Shown: positions 63,682 through 64,000 of the stretch, in pieces
How the letters are laid out: every line of letters starts with the position of its first letter
How positions within the stretch are numbered: position 1 is the stretch's first letter
The notes under the pieces: model-generated
What the model was told of the DNA's origin: nothing
What the model saw: only the letters and a program-made list of their open reading frames with translations
Database searches by the model: none
NCBI RefSeq assembly: GCF_009834535.1
Contig: NC_045696.1
Span: forward strand, 47,060,001 to 47,124,000
Source of the DNA: Camelus ferus
Taxonomy: Eukaryota
Length of the DNA: 64,000 nucleotides
Direction of reading: 5' to 3'
Translations under genes and position numbers: made by a program

Positions 63682-64000
63682 CTGCAAGCAAACCATGGTC
63701 TCAGACCACAGGCAGGCAGCCAGCAAGCCGTGCCAGCATGGTGTTTGCCAATTGGCACGATCCTTTGAAACACAGTGACATCGTTGAGGGCAGATGTGTC
63801 CACTCTCATTCTGGCAGTGGTGAGACAGGGCAACCTCTCTGGGAAAACTGCCTCCCAAAAGTGAGCTGGTTGAACTATGTGAGCTCATAAAAGGGCTGTT
63901 TAGACTCTAAAGGATGTGAAAGGCTAATCCATGCAGAGGTGATAAATTTCCCCTCATAGATAACAAAATTGCACACACACGTGTGTATGCATGAACGTAC

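Noticed and set aside
1..64000. CRISPR arrays, operons or other prokaryote-type systems
   Set aside because: The sequence is intron-rich mammalian DNA; no regularly spaced repeats or dense ORF clusters

Overview
Mammalian genomic DNA, most likely camelid (alpaca/camel), judged from two Vic-1-like tRNA-Ala-derived SINEs. The window holds the complete coding region of the B7-family checkpoint ligand HHLA2 (B7-H7) on the + strand. Seven coding exons (26854-45291) splice in frame to about 407 aa: signal peptide, IgV1, IgC, IgV2, TM and a short cytoplasmic tail. The last four coding exons of the convergent sarcomeric myosin gene MYH15 lie on the - strand (49575-63681), the same HHLA2/MYH15 tail-to-tail arrangement as in human. 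Most other sequence is transposon-derived (L1, L2, MIR, MaLR/ERVL and ERV1-like LTRs, hAT MITEs). I see no prokaryote-type novel system. The best leads concern lineage-specific remodelling of HHLA2: (1) a MER41-like LTR carrying tandem GAS sites plus an ISRE-like site upstream of the coding exons; (2) a dead copy of a human cytoplasmic-tail exon; (3) no canonical polyA signal before a young same-strand L1, paralleling the HERV-H LTR that ends the human transcript; (4) a candidate upstream exon with an in-frame ATG; (5) cysteine differences from human. Comparisons with human proteins and repeat consensuses are from memory and need alignment.
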